IMG/VR virus record: IMGVR_UViG_3300031994_000006
Coordinates: 128,001 to 192,000 of that record
Length of the DNA stretch: 64,000 bases
From: a virus
Taxonomy: Duplodnaviria; Caudoviricetes
Direction: 5' to 3' (one strand)
Shown here: positions 19,812 through 30,660 of the stretch, in pieces
Layout of the letters: the number at the start of each line of letters is the position of its first letter
How positions within the stretch are numbered: position 1 is the first letter of the stretch
The notes under the pieces: generated by a model
Databases searched by the model: none
Seen by the model: only the letters and a program-made list of their open reading frames with translations
What the model was told of the DNA's origin: nothing
Position numbers and translations under genes: made by a program

Positions 19812-22129
19812 CAGTCGAGGACCCCTCCTAAGGCCTGTTCAGCGTCCTGGTATACCCTGAGCTTCTGCTCCTCGCGCCTCGGCCTCGACCAGTTGTAGAT
19901 CTTGGTGAGATAGCCGATGATGCGGTCCCAATGATCGATATGCTCGGATCCGCAGTGCGGGCACTTCGAGACGGGACGCTTGCCTATCCACCCGCAGTCG
20001 CGGCACTCGCTCTGGGGCACGTTATAGGTGAAGTAGCTGCATCCGGTCTCGCCTGCGTAGTTGAGCAGCTTCCAGTTCTGGTCCGCGTCGAGGTGCTCCG
20101 ACAGGTTGATGTGCGCGGCGGATCCGCCGTCGAGGAAGTCGCCGATATAGTCGCGGCCGTGCATGCGCATCTTGTCCAGCGCGGACAGATCCGGGTTGTA
20201 CGGTTCGAACACGTAGCTGGTGTAGAGGTTGACGTCATCAGGCACCCAGTAGCCGTCGGCCTTGTCCCAGTTGTAGTTCTTGGCCGCGAGCGACTCAGCG
20301 GGGATAAGCTCGGTATTGAACGACAGCGTATGGTTGTTGAACTTGCCGGACGCCCTGGTGTTGCACTCCTTGATATAGCCGAACAGCGTCTGACAGAACT
20401 CCTTGTATCCCTCGTTGTCGGTGCATTTGAGCCCCATGAACCTCGCGGCCTCGTTCAGGCCGTTCAGGCCGATCGTCAGGTACTGGCGGTTCAGGTCGAT
20501 GAAGCCTGCCTCGTAGACGGGCAGCAGATGCGCATCGTAATGGTCCCACAGGATCTCGTTGTACGCTGTATGGTAACGGTACACATGCTTGAGTATCTTG
20601 CCCAGGTACTCCTTGAAGCCGTCGTACCAGGCGGCCTTATCGGTCGCGAAGTCCGCGGTGTCCTCATCGGCGCAGTAGTCCTGCGTGATACGCGACAGGT
20701 TGAGCGTGATGACGGACTTGGATCCGGTCATGATGCCCATATTGCCGTTCGTGAAGCTGAACTCCCTCGTCTTGAGCTTGTTCTTCAGGCGGCAGCAGCT
20801 CGACAGTGAATCGACGGTGTCGCTGATGTACGTGAAGAAGCTGTGTCCGCGGGCGTACTCCTCCGCGACGAACCTGGCGGTCTCCTCATCCTCGAATTTG
20901 CCGTCCCTGTAGATGAGCGAGAACGACTCGACGGGGAACGTCAGGATGGTCCTGAGGCGCTCGTCGTTGAACCACTGCATGAACTCGCGCTGTATCCAGT
21001 CGAGGGACTCCCAGTCGGGCCTGGATCCGTCGGGAAACACGAACTCGCCGAACATGGCGTCGAAGAACGGATGGTCGAAATACGCGAAGTTTGTGAAAGC
21101 CGACTGCATGCCCCTGGCCGCGGCGGGCTGGTTTATGCCGTAAATCATGGACTGCCAGTACTGGCGGATCTGATACCTGATGGTCTTGATCCTCCTGCAG
21201 CCGGGGCCTGAGATGACCTCCTCGGGACGCTTCCAGAAGTCATCGCCCCATTCCTTCTTGCAGAAGTAGGTGAAGTAGAGCAGCGTCTCAGGCAGTGCGA
21301 CGGCGCCCGCGAACTGAGCCGACAGCGCGAACACCAGGTTGACGTACATGCCGCAGAACGAATCGATGTTCTTCGGGGCGGCGGACAGTCCGCCGAGGTC
21401 CTTGATGCCGTTCAGTATGAAGGGGTACATGGTGGCGGCCACGCAGTACGGGCTGCCGGCGAACGCGAAGTTGGACTCGTCGTTCTTGTAGATGATGCGT
21501 CCGCGGAGGTCGCGGAGGTACTGCTTGGAGTCCTTCTCGGGGAACAGGTCCTCGAGCTTGTCCATGATCATCTCACGGCTGATCTCCACGTTGTCAGCCT
21601 TGTGTATCTCGGCGTTCAGGATGCCGATGTTCTTGCCCTTGACGTTGCTGTTGTCGTCGATGGTCGCGTCGGCCGTGTTCTGCTGACGCTTGTAGTTCTC
21701 GACGTACGCCTTCTTCTTGGCCACGTAATCGCGCGTCTTCTTGCGGTCCGCGCGGAACAAGATGTAGGCCTTGGCCACGTCGGGGTTCTCCTTCATCAGG
21801 AAGTACTCGATGACGTCCTGCAGGTCCTCGACGTGGATCTTGTCGTCATCGAACTTGTCGTCGAATTTGTCAAGGTAGTAGTTGAAGCGCCTGTAGAGGT
21901 TGGCGGGAATCTCCTGTCCCGCGTCGCCGTACGCCGCGGCGACCCCCTTCTTGATCTTCTTGATGTTGTATTTCTGGATTTTGCCGTTACGCTTGACGAC
22001 CAACTTGATCTTCCTGGCGTAAGGGGCTTTCTCCTGTGTCTGTGCGGCGATAAGGCCCTCGCCGGAAGAGGCGTCGTCATATGACGACTTTGCGTTTTCA
22101 CTGATTTTCTTCTTCATACGAACGGTCAA
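19811..22129 (-). CDS. nrdD: Anaerobic ribonucleoside-triphosphate reductase with ATP cone
   Basis: VVKRNG ATP cone, PYCVA, LSSCCRL, C-terminal CRDC/CPHC and RIIGYL glycyl-radical motif. Confidence 0.95.
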   Translation of the reverse strand: MTVRMKKKISENAKSSYDDASSGEGLIAAQTQEKAPYARKIKLVVKRNGKIQKYNIKKIKKGVAAAYGDAGQEIPANLYRRFNYYLDKFDDKFDDDKIHVEDLQDVIEYFLMKENPDVAKAYILFRADRKKTRDYVAKKKAYVENYKRQQNTADATIDDNSNVKGKNIGILNAEIHKADNVEISREMIMDKLEDLFPEKDSKQYLRDLRGRIIYKNDESNFAFAGSPYCVAATMYPFILNGIKDLGGLSAAPKNIDSFCGMYVNLVFALSAQFAGAVALPETLLYFTYFCKKEWGDDFWKRPEEVISGPGCRRIKTIRYQIRQYWQSMIYGINQPAAARGMQSAFTNFAYFDHPFFDAMFGEFVFPDGSRPDWESLDWIQREFMQWFNDERLRTILTFPVESFSLIYRDGKFEDEETARFVAEEYARGHSFFTYISDTVDSLSSCCRLKNKLKTREFSFTNGNMGIMTGSKSVITLNLSRITQDYCADEDTADFATDKAAWYDGFKEYLGKILKHVYRYHTAYNEILWDHYDAHLLPVYEAGFIDLNRQYLTIGLNGLNEAARFMGLKCTDNEGYKEFCQTLFGYIKECNTRASGKFNNHTLSFNTELIPAESLAAKNYNWDKADGYWVPDDVNLYTSYVFEPYNPDLSALDKMRMHGRDYIGDFLDGGSAAHINLSEHLDADQNWKLLNYAGETGCSYFTYNVPQSECRDCGWIGKRPVSKCPHCGSEHIDHWDRIIGYLTKIYNWSRPRREEQKLRVYQDAEQALGGVLD

Positions 22130-22355
22130 ATATACGTTTGTATAGCTTTTGTGGTTCCCACAACGGAAACACGCGGATTATCTATCACATAAATTAAACG
22201 TGAAAACAGGCAAAAATCACAGTTTTTTTACCAGTATAGCCGGTAAAAAACTGATAAAAAAATTAAGTTTTCCATAAATGTTTGAAAATCAGGACCGGCA
22301 GTTTCCGTACAGAACGGACAAGGCTGAAATTTTAGCGTTTCGGCCCTGAAAATTT

Positions 22356-23897
22356 TCATGGATAGCCCGGTATGCCGAAATGGTTGATGCCCTGCGGGCC
22401 CCATGAACCGAGGAGGAAGGCGATCCACTGGAGGTTGTACACCTGCAGGTTCTCATAGCGGGGAAGCGGCTCGACCTCCTTCAGTATCATCATGAGCGGC
22501 TCGACGATGCGGCATATGGCCTGCGTGTTCATGTCAGACATGACGAGCCTCGCCCTGAACACAGGAGGCTCCATGAACCACTCAGGAGTCATAATCGGCG
22601 GGAACGCGGGCTCGAAGGCCGCCAGGATGGCATCGGTCATCTCGGTCCCCTTGGACGTATTGCCCGAGTTGAGGCTCGGCAGCCTGTTGACGAACTTGCC
22701 CGGTATCCTGACGAGCGACCTCGGCGTGAATCCGAAGTTGACGGAGTCCGGCTCTATCAGGAACGGGACCATGGACTCCACGGCCACCTTATAGACGACC
22801 GCGAACGCGGCGTTCAACTGCGCGTTCAGGGCCGCCAGGGCCGCGATGCACGCCTCGACCCCTGCGAACAGGGCCTCCAGTCCCGCCGTGGCGCCGTCGG
22901 TCCAGTTCTTCTTCCTCGACAGGAGCTCCAGGATGAGGTCGTTCTTCCAGATGAGCACGTTGTTGATCTGGATCTTGACATAACACATCAGCATGTTGGC
23001 CACGGTCTTGAAGTATACGGCGAATATGCCGTCGAATCCGCCGGCGCCGCCGAGTCCCTGCTCAAGGTCCTCATTGTCCCTGAGTCCTGATATATTGCCC
23101 GAGCCTATGTCCTGCAGGCCCGTCGTCACTACGTCATTATACGAGTTATACCCGCCCACGGTGCCCGCATGCGCAAGGGCCGTCGCATTGATTCCGGCTC
23201 CGGCCGACGTCACCGCCCCAGCCGCCGACGTCACCGCCCCAGCCGCCGATGATACGGCCCCAGCCGCCGATGACACGGCGTTCTGTGCGGACTGGATGAT
23301 GTTGCCCTTGCCCGGGATGAGCGCCGCGGCCTGTGACAGATCGGCCGAACCGACGGCAGACAGCACGGACTGCGCCGTCTCCAGGACGCTCAGCAGCTGG
23401 TTCGCGGCCTTGACCTGTCCCTTGATATTGCCTATGAGGCCGTCGTTGTTTACGCCCCTCCTGGCCTCCTGGAACTCCTTCCAGACGTCCGCGACGGCCT
23501 GCGGCTTCATAAGGTTCATGGCCTGCCTGCACTTCCATGCGCCGCAGAGTCCGTCCTTCGACGGTTTAAGCAGGGGCCTGCCGCATATCGGGCACGTGCC
23601 GAATCCGGTCGTGTCGCCGCGGTCCGTATGGATACGGTTGTCCAGGGCCGTGTCCTTGAGCAGGCTGAGGTTCTCGGTCACGGAGCCGCCGTTCCTGAGG
23701 AAGTCCTTGACGTCGAATCCGTCCGAGAACCTCTCCACGAAGTCGAGCTTCTGGAGCAGGGGAAGAGCCGGCGTGCCCGTGATGCCGGCGCCTTTGCCGC
23801 CATCCACCTCGAGATGCGCCTGAAGCACGGCGAATCCCTCTTCCGCCGCCCGTCCGGTCGTCACGTCATTGTTCTTGTCAAAAGCATCTTTGGCCAT
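22356..23897 (-). CDS. Hypothetical protein (Zn ribbon plus A/G/S-rich repeats), probable virion protein
   Basis: CPIC...C...C; four SAAGAVS/T-type 7-aa repeats; likely start MAKDAF at 23897. Confidence 0.65.
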   Translation of the reverse strand: MAKDAFDKNNDVTTGRAAEEGFAVLQAHLEVDGGKGAGITGTPALPLLQKLDFVERFSDGFDVKDFLRNGGSVTENLSLLKDTALDNRIHTDRGDTTGFGTCPICGRPLLKPSKDGLCGAWKCRQAMNLMKPQAVADVWKEFQEARRGVNNDGLIGNIKGQVKAANQLLSVLETAQSVLSAVGSADLSQAAALIPGKGNIIQSAQNAVSSAAGAVSSAAGAVTSAAGAVTSAGAGINATALAHAGTVGGYNSYNDVVTTGLQDIGSGNISGLRDNEDLEQGLGGAGGFDGIFAVYFKTVANMLMCYVKIQINNVLIWKNDLILELLSRKKNWTDGATAGLEALFAGVEACIAALAALNAQLNAAFAVVYKVAVESMVPFLIEPDSVNFGFTPRSLVRIPGKFVNRLPSLNSGNTSKGTEMTDAILAAFEPAFPPIMTPEWFMEPPVFRARLVMSDMNTQAICRIVEPLMMILKEVEPLPRYENLQVYNLQWIAFLLGSWGPQGINHFGIPGYP

Positions 23898-24273
23898 ATA
23901 CCGCATATCTATCGGCCTCGCGCGCGCATGCCGTGTACGCACATTCCCGCGCCATGCGCACAATGTGTATGCACACGCTTACGCGCACCTGTACGTTAAG
24001 TCGCCGGCCGATTAAGTTTTTTTATTAAAGTAAATTACTTCTATTAACCCCTTTTCAGAATCTCCTATTAACAAATATTGATATCGCGCGCGTGAGAAAA
24101 GGTCACATGAATTTAAGCTAAAATTATTTGAATTTAATTATTTTTAGAGAATAAACGCAAATAGTCATATATATGCAGTTAAAGTATGGTCAACTGCAAA
24201 TTATACTAAACAGGTCCCGGACAGGCCTTTTCTGTAAAAACCGATATATACGATAACGGTATTTTCTGTCTAT

Positions 24274-27200
24274 ATGCTTACTGAAAACTTCAATATCCGC
24301 AAGGGATTCCAGTTCAAGGAGAGATTCGAGCGTGCGCCGTTCGAACAGAGGTGGGACGAGCCCACGTACCTCACCTTCAAGATTGAGTTCGACTTCGACG
24401 ACGTCTATTCGAGACTGACGTCCGAGATGTCGTTCGACGACATCCCGCAGGGTCTGTTGATATTGCCCGTGACAAGGCTTGATCCGGATCCCGGCGAGAC
24501 GCTCGAGCTGCTCGTCAAGGAACTTGATCCGTATGACGGACAGGGACAGGGCGCCGGTTTCGAGGAAAGCCTCATCGGCTCGGATTCAGGATATAACCAG
24601 AGAATTAACAAATACATCGGCAATGTATCCGATGACAAGCGGTATTCGGCACTCGAGTACCTGCTGCGCCGAAATGAAGACTACCGTGCATGGTGCCTCG
24701 CCAGGTTCCTCCAGGGACTGACCGCGCTGCAGAACGAGTATCAGTACTACTTCCAGGAGATACAGGGCCTCGACGCGCTGTCGGGGCTGACGCCTGACAA
24801 GGGCTGGCAGATAGACAAGAACGCTGTAATCACCATCAAGTGCCTCGAGGGCCTCGATCAGAAGGTCAAGTACCTGTTCTACCTGTACCGTGAGGCCGCA
24901 TGGGACGCCGAGTACCAGAGATGGATACTCCCCGACATATACAGGTACTTCAAGATGAATATATTCGTCTCGGAGATACGTACGTTCCACCAGTCGAACT
25001 TCGCCGAGTCCGGCGCAGCGGCCGACCTGTTGACGAGTATCGCGACGAAGTACGTCAACAAGTGGGCCAATCAGTTCCTTGACAAGGTCGCCGACTGGAC
25101 CAAGGGCGCGATCGACGTCAATGTCAATATGGATCTGCAGCGCCTTAACATCATATCGACGGCGGTGCCCATCACGTGTTTCCGCTGCGAGATGTGCGAC
25201 TTTGACATAGCCCGCAATATGTACAGCGACTCCTATAGCATCAACAACGACAGGCCGGAGGAGTCGGTGCTCAAGATCAGGGTGAAGAAGTGTGAGATAC
25301 TCAACCACTGGAAGATTGGCGGCAAGGACGGCATACTGCTCAAGAACCTGAAGAGCTGGCTCGAGCGTCAGTACGGCCCGGACAGGGCGCATGCCGCGTA
25401 CGGCTTCATACAGGAGGGCATGCATGACGAGATGTGGTTCAACGGGACCGAGAACCTGTCGGATGATGACAAGTCCAGGGGGTACTCGAAGGTCATAGCC
25501 GACGGATGGGGCATGAATGCCGCCAGAGGCGTGCTCGACACGCTCTCCGGCAAGAACGGATCCGGCATACTCGACATGGCCGCCGGCATATACTCGACGG
25601 TCAAGAACGCCGTGGCCGAGCGCAGGGCGACAAAGGGCGAGTATGTCGAGTCGGCCGCCACGAATCCGTCGGACGAGCAGGAGTCCGCGCTCATATCCCT
25701 GGTGCTGACGCAGATGTACGCGAATGCAATGGCCGCACCGGCCGGAACCCTGTCACAGGCCGAGCTCGAGGCGCTCAGGATAGCGGCGCATCCCTCGGAG
25801 AGGCTGAGCGACAGCTCGGTCTATGAGACCATCATAAACCAGGTGGCCATTATACCCCATACACACGAGCCTCTGTTCCAGGACGAGACCATTGACGGCT
25901 CGGTCGTACAGTCCGCGATGCCTTCGTTCAATATGGCGGAGGTCGAGGTCGGACGCTTCAAGGACGTCAGCCTCAGGGACGTGTCCGTCTACGGATTCGC
26001 CGACACTTCCGTCGAGTCGCCCGATCCTTCGATGATGCTGGCCGATACCTCGTTCAGAGGGGTTCCCTTGGGCGAGCTGGCCGATACGTCGTTCAGGGAG
26101 GTTCCCCTGGGCGAGCTGGCCGATACCTCGTTCCGTGAGGTGTCCGTCGGCAGGCTCGTGGATACATCGTTCCGCGGGGTGCCTCTCGGCAGGCTCAAGC
26201 CCACTTCGTTCAGAGAGGTGTCCGTCGGCAAACTCGCGGATACCTCGTTCCGTGAGGTTCCGCTCGGCGGGCTTTCGGATACGTCGTTCAGGGAGGTGTC
26301 CGTCGGCGTGCTCGCGGACGTCAGCCTTACCGGTTCAGGTCCCGGCGGATTCGCGGACGTCAGCCTTACGGGTTCCGAACCCGGCGGATTCACGGATGTC
26401 TCCATCTGGTCGCCCGGCGTTGATCCGATACTGTGGCCGCTCGGAATACCCGGAGATGTGGACGCGTCGACCGACTCATCGGTTGAGATCGGCGAGTATG
26501 AGATGCTCGGCCTGAGGGATCTCGACGGCGTCATCACGGGCACCGGTCCCGGCTCGTTCAGGCCGGTCGAGGTCAGCGGCGTCATGCATGAGACGAGCGT
26601 CGGCGGACTGGACGGCGACTACAGCCCGTCATTCGCCGAGCAGGAGATGACAGGCACCTATAATGATCCTGACATGGGAGAATACAGCATGACCGGTGCC
26701 GAGCCCGGCGCCATGGCGGAGGTCATCGTCAGCTCGCCTGACAGGCCTGCGGGCCGGATAGAGACCGCGGTCGACAGCGCCGGCCGTGTCCCTGAGATGT
26801 ACGAGACGGCCGTCCTGTCACCCGTACCGGTACCGGCGGAGGTCAGGGAACAGCAGATTGCCGGATACGAGGCTGACAACATACCGGTCCGCGAGGCCCA
26901 GATTACCGGATACGGCGACATACAGTCGGAGGTCAGGGAGACGCTGATTATGGGACCGGACTATTCGCCCATGGCGCCGCAGGTTCCCTCGATGCAGGCA
27001 CCGGCAGTGCAGACGGAGCCCGGAGACGCCCGTCCTCAGGGAAGGGACTATGCACCCGTGATGTCGGAAGCCGGCGTCAGCTCGCCCGATCCTGACATGA
27101 GCGTCGCTGAGCATGAGGTCAGCTCGCCCGCCCCGGAGATGCCGCAGGGAGAGACCAGGGTCGACTCGCCCGCCCCGGATATGAAAGTGAAGGAGGCTGG

Positions 27201-27945
27201 GGTCGACTCGCCCAGTCCGGATCCGGCGCAGAAGGAGACGAAGGTCGGGTCCGCCGACTACGAGCCTGCCCACAAGGAGGCCAGGGTCGAGAGTCCTGAA
27301 TACACCCCCGAGCTGAAGGAGGCCGCCGTGAAGTCCCCCGACTATGAGCCTGCCCGCAAGGAGGCCAGGGTCGAGTCTGAGGAACCGTCCAACAGGATGA
27401 AGGAGGCCGTCGTCGTATCGCCCTATCAGGCCGCGGGCATGAGGGAAGCAAGGGTCGAGTCCCCGTCATATGAGCCCAGACTCAGGCCGCTGCTTGTCGG
27501 AGAGGACGGAATACCGGTCAGCGGCGAGCTCGTCGAACAGGAGGTCAGTTCGCCGGAACCTGAGCCGGAGCTTGACCGGTCAAGGCCCGAGGAGCCTGCA
27601 GAGGAGATACCCGAGGAGCCCAGGATACTGTCGGCCGCCGATATGTTCAGGTCGAACTACACACCGGCGCTCTCGCGTGCGGAGATAATAGATAAGTACG
27701 CGCATAAAAAGGAGCCTTCCGCCGTAAAGGAGACCGTGGCCTCTCCCTGGTCGGATCAGACGGTCAGGGACGAGCTCAGGGCTGACGGGACCGTCGGAGG
27801 CATGCTCGACGCGTATTCAAGGCTCAAGGAAGAGGGGCGGATAGGCCGTCCGGACAAGGTCGACGATCCGAAGGTCGGCTCCAATGATCCCAAGAGGCCG
27901 AGCGCCGCGGACAAGGGACGCAGGATAAACAAGCAGATACTATAA
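24274..27945 (+). CDS. Large repeat-rich protein, probable tail/baseplate component
   Basis: 1223 aa; globular N-terminus, 13-aa LADTSFREVxxGx repeats, 14-aa ExxVxSPxYEP repeats; upstream of gp5-like gene. Confidence 0.75.
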   Translation: MLTENFNIRKGFQFKERFERAPFEQRWDEPTYLTFKIEFDFDDVYSRLTSEMSFDDIPQGLLILPVTRLDPDPGETLELLVKELDPYDGQGQGAGFEESLIGSDSGYNQRINKYIGNVSDDKRYSALEYLLRRNEDYRAWCLARFLQGLTALQNEYQYYFQEIQGLDALSGLTPDKGWQIDKNAVITIKCLEGLDQKVKYLFYLYREAAWDAEYQRWILPDIYRYFKMNIFVSEIRTFHQSNFAESGAAADLLTSIATKYVNKWANQFLDKVADWTKGAIDVNVNMDLQRLNIISTAVPITCFRCEMCDFDIARNMYSDSYSINNDRPEESVLKIRVKKCEILNHWKIGGKDGILLKNLKSWLERQYGPDRAHAAYGFIQEGMHDEMWFNGTENLSDDDKSRGYSKVIADGWGMNAARGVLDTLSGKNGSGILDMAAGIYSTVKNAVAERRATKGEYVESAATNPSDEQESALISLVLTQMYANAMAAPAGTLSQAELEALRIAAHPSERLSDSSVYETIINQVAIIPHTHEPLFQDETIDGSVVQSAMPSFNMAEVEVGRFKDVSLRDVSVYGFADTSVESPDPSMMLADTSFRGVPLGELADTSFREVPLGELADTSFREVSVGRLVDTSFRGVPLGRLKPTSFREVSVGKLADTSFREVPLGGLSDTSFREVSVGVLADVSLTGSGPGGFADVSLTGSEPGGFTDVSIWSPGVDPILWPLGIPGDVDASTDSSVEIGEYEMLGLRDLDGVITGTGPGSFRPVEVSGVMHETSVGGLDGDYSPSFAEQEMTGTYNDPDMGEYSMTGAEPGAMAEVIVSSPDRPAGRIETAVDSAGRVPEMYETAVLSPVPVPAEVREQQIAGYEADNIPVREAQITGYGDIQSEVRETLIMGPDYSPMAPQVPSMQAPAVQTEPGDARPQGRDYAPVMSEAGVSSPDPDMSVAEHEVSSPAPEMPQGETRVDSPAPDMKVKEAGVDSPSPDPAQKETKVGSADYEPAHKEARVESPEYTPELKEAAVKSPDYEPARKEARVESEEPSNRMKEAVVVSPYQAAGMREARVESPSYEPRLRPLLVGEDGIPVSGELVEQEVSSPEPEPELDRSRPEEPAEEIPEEPRILSAADMFRSNYTPALSRAEIIDKYAHKKEPSAVKETVASPWSDQTVRDELRADGTVGGMLDAYSRLKEEGRIGRPDKVDDPKVGSNDPKRPSAADKGRRINKQIL
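26038..26400 (+). repeat. 39-bp coding tandem repeat (LADTSFREV...), about 7 copies plus 2-3 DVSLTGS variants
   Basis: Repeated gccgatacctcgttc/gatacgtcgttc. Confidence 0.85.
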
Positions 27946-27955
27946 GACAGCAGAC

Positions 27956-28720
27956 ATGGACGCACAGGTACCACAGGTAGACCCGAACAAGTTCTATACG
28001 GGCGAGATTATCGACAACAGGGATCCGGACAAGCGCGGCAGGTGCAAGGTCCGCGTCATGAACGTCATGGACGGATTCGACGACAACTTCGTGCCGTGGG
28101 CATACCCGGCCATGATGTCGGTGTTCGCGGGCGAGGCGGGCGGAAACCTGTCCGTACCGAAGAAGGGCACGACGGTCCGCGTCAAGTTCATCGACGGCGA
28201 CGTGGCGCAGCCCGAGTACTACGCGACGCAGAAGGTCGACCACAACCTGACCAGGGAGATCAAGGACGACTATATCGGCTCGCACGTGCTCCTGTACGAC
28301 CATGAGAAGGACCTGGCCGTCATATACCAGCCGAACGCCGGCATACGCGTCTACCTGCAGGGCAGCTTCGTGCAGATAAGCGCCGACGGCATGATTACGA
28401 TAAACCATGCCGGTAATACGGGTATCATACAGCTGAAGAAGGAGGATATAGACGCCGTCGCCAAGAACGACATCACGATAAACGGACTGAACAACGTCAG
28501 CCTCGAGTCGAAGGTCGTGAACATCCAGGGAGCCGAGGCCGTGAATATCCAGGGCGACAGGCCCGACGAGGTCGCGGTCAACGGAAGGGCGCTGATAGAC
28601 CTGCTCCTGTACATGGCCCAGATGATAGACACGAAGGCCTATATGACGCCGGGCGTGTGCGTCGGCGAGGTCGCGGCGAGGATCCCGGCGATCCTCAATG
28701 AGAAGATCCACTACACCTGA
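27956..28720 (+). CDS. Baseplate hub/spike protein (gp5/Vgr OB-fold)
   Basis: GEIIDNRDPDKRGRCKVRV...PWAYP...VPKKGTTVRVKFIDGD...P. Confidence 0.85.
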   Translation: MDAQVPQVDPNKFYTGEIIDNRDPDKRGRCKVRVMNVMDGFDDNFVPWAYPAMMSVFAGEAGGNLSVPKKGTTVRVKFIDGDVAQPEYYATQKVDHNLTREIKDDYIGSHVLLYDHEKDLAVIYQPNAGIRVYLQGSFVQISADGMITINHAGNTGIIQLKKEDIDAVAKNDITINGLNNVSLESKVVNIQGAEAVNIQGDRPDEVAVNGRALIDLLLYMAQMIDTKAYMTPGVCVGEVAARIPAILNEKIHYT

Positions 28721-28910
28721 TATAGGAGCGGAGGTAATCCTCTGACACCTCTTTGTAGGCGCGCCTGTTTACGGATACGTAGACGGGCTTTCCCGTCTTC
28801 ATATGGCAGCCGAGCGCCTGATCTGCCTCGGTGAACCATCTGGTGCCCCTGTCGAGGATTTTGCCGGTCGGGGTCCTGCCCTCGCCTACCCTGAATATTA
28901 TGTCGTCCAT
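28695..28910 (-). CDS. Hypothetical protein
   Basis: 71 aa ORF, convergent with gp5-like gene. Confidence 0.45.
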   Translation of the reverse strand: MDDIIFRVGEGRTPTGKILDRGTRWFTEADQALGCHMKTGKPVYVSVNRRAYKEVSEDYLRSYIRCSGSSH

Positions 28911-28978
28911 GCCCTATATATCCTGTGACTGTATGTCCTGCCGGACGTTTAAATTGATGAGATATAACCGTTTTTATA

Positions 28979-30172
28979 ATGAGACAGATTGTATTGTGTA
29001 TTGACTGGAGCAACATAGCGTTCCGCAGCCTCTATATGATGGGCGGATACGGCAGCGCCCCGGGATCGTTCGACACCAAGGACGAGTGCGACCGCTACAT
29101 CGGCAAGATGGCGACGGACATCGCGTATATCGTAAGGTCGTTCATGCCGTCCAAGGTGATTTTCTGTACGGACTCCAAGCATTCGTGGCGCAAGGACGTC
29201 TACGAGGACTACAAGGCCAACCGTGAGCGTCCTGACACGTTCAACTGGGACAACATCTTCGACGCGCTCAACCGCTTCAAGGCCCATCTGGAGTCCAAGG
29301 GCTACCTGTTCGCCGAGACCGAGCATGCCGAGGCGGACGATCTGATGGCGCTCATCAAGGAGACCGTCATCGACGCGGGATATCCGGATCTCGCGAACAT
29401 GAATGTCATACTGGTGTCGGCCGACGCCGATATCCGTCAGCTTATCACCTTCAACAAGGACACGCACCAGTACTGCGCGGTGTTCAATGAGATAGGCCGC
29501 GGACCCGGCGGCTTCAAGCACATCTACGTCACACCGGAGATGCTCGAGTGGTACAACGACACCACGACCGGCAACGACATCTTCTTCACTGGCCTCGACG
29601 CCGACCGTCAGTACCTCAAGGGCATACTCGACTCCAACCTCAAGATCCGCATCGAGGCGGTCGATCCGGAGTCGGTCCTGCTCACCAAGATATTCTGCGG
29701 CGACGACGGCGACAACGTGCCCGCGTTCTATGACTGGTACGGCAGTACCGGCAAGAAGGTCCGCGTGACGGCCACTAAGCAGAAGGCGCTGCTCGAGGCC
29801 CTTGGCGTGAATACGATGGCAGCGCTCGAGGCCGTAGGCCCTGAGGAGCTTCACAGCGCGCTCGAGACTGCGTGCAAGCGTGAGATTATAGATATCAGCG
29901 CGCCTGAGCGGCTGGAGCGGCAGAAGAAGCTCGTCGAGCTCAAATCGTCCAATTTCCCGAAGTCCATCCGGCTGTACGCCGCCGACGTGCTTCAGATGCT
30001 TCAGGACGGCAGATACCTGCAGAACGTAATATCGCTCAAGATGGATGATCTCATCAAGGGTTCCGACTTCGAGCAGACGCTGAAGCACGGCAACGCCAGG
30101 ATGGCCGAGGTGTTCCAGGGACTCGACAAGTATATCGCCGACAACCAGATTCAAGTGACCAAGTTGCTCTGA
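28979..30172 (+). CDS. 5'-3' exonuclease / T4-type RNase H (FEN/PIN family)
   Basis: IDWSN, SWRKDVYEDYKANR, EADDL, SADADIRQL, GDDGDNVP. Confidence 0.9.
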   Translation: MRQIVLCIDWSNIAFRSLYMMGGYGSAPGSFDTKDECDRYIGKMATDIAYIVRSFMPSKVIFCTDSKHSWRKDVYEDYKANRERPDTFNWDNIFDALNRFKAHLESKGYLFAETEHAEADDLMALIKETVIDAGYPDLANMNVILVSADADIRQLITFNKDTHQYCAVFNEIGRGPGGFKHIYVTPEMLEWYNDTTTGNDIFFTGLDADRQYLKGILDSNLKIRIEAVDPESVLLTKIFCGDDGDNVPAFYDWYGSTGKKVRVTATKQKALLEALGVNTMAALEAVGPEELHSALETACKREIIDISAPERLERQKKLVELKSSNFPKSIRLYAADVLQMLQDGRYLQNVISLKMDDLIKGSDFEQTLKHGNARMAEVFQGLDKYIADNQIQVTKLL

Positions 30173-30173
30173 C

Positions 30174-30572
30174 ATGGAAGATTACGAATATAATGACAAT
30201 CCGCGGAAGGGACTGACCGTTCCCTGGCCCGAGACCGTCGTCCGGTTCGGTTCCGCGATGATCAGGCTCGACTATGTGATGTCTCTGCAGTTCGGCGTCA
30301 CGGGCCTCGATCAGGACATGTTCACACATTTCGTCAAGGTCATGTACGTCTCCAACCAGGAGCAGGTGCTGACGGGATCCCGTGAGGCGGTGTTCCACCT
30401 GCTCGAGCAGCTCGGCGACCGTAACTATTATGACAGGGTTACGCTCGCGTCTGTCACCAAGTTCGTACAGTCGCTTGACGATGTCAAGACACAGGAGGAT
30501 GTTATGAAGGCTTTCGCGGCGGCGCAGGAGGCGCAGGAGGCGAAGAAACAGAAGAAGCCGAAGAATGACTGA
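30174..30572 (+). CDS. Hypothetical protein
   Basis: 132 aa ORF. Confidence 0.7.
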   Translation: MEDYEYNDNPRKGLTVPWPETVVRFGSAMIRLDYVMSLQFGVTGLDQDMFTHFVKVMYVSNQEQVLTGSREAVFHLLEQLGDRNYYDRVTLASVTKFVQSLDDVKTQEDVMKAFAAAQEAQEAKKQKKPKND

Positions 30573-30592
30573 TTCCGTAATGTGAGCGAATG

Positions 30593-30660
30593 CTGAATCC
30601 TGCAGATAAACGCTGCAGGATTTTTCTGTTTCGGGGAAATCCGCTATCTTTGCGCCGTTG
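30593..30660 (+). promoter_or_regulatory. Terminator plus promoter cassette, copy 3
   Basis: AATCCTGCAG/CTGCAGGATT + TTTT, then TATCTTTG at 30645-30652. Confidence 0.7.

Noticed and set aside
26038-26400. CRISPR array
   Set aside because: 39-bp period in frame within a CDS, with no unique spacers and no cas genes.
7423-30398. Long antisense ORFs such as 11199-12497, 19931-20809 and 28949-30175
   Set aside because: Shadows of GC3-rich genes with clear motifs on the opposite strand.
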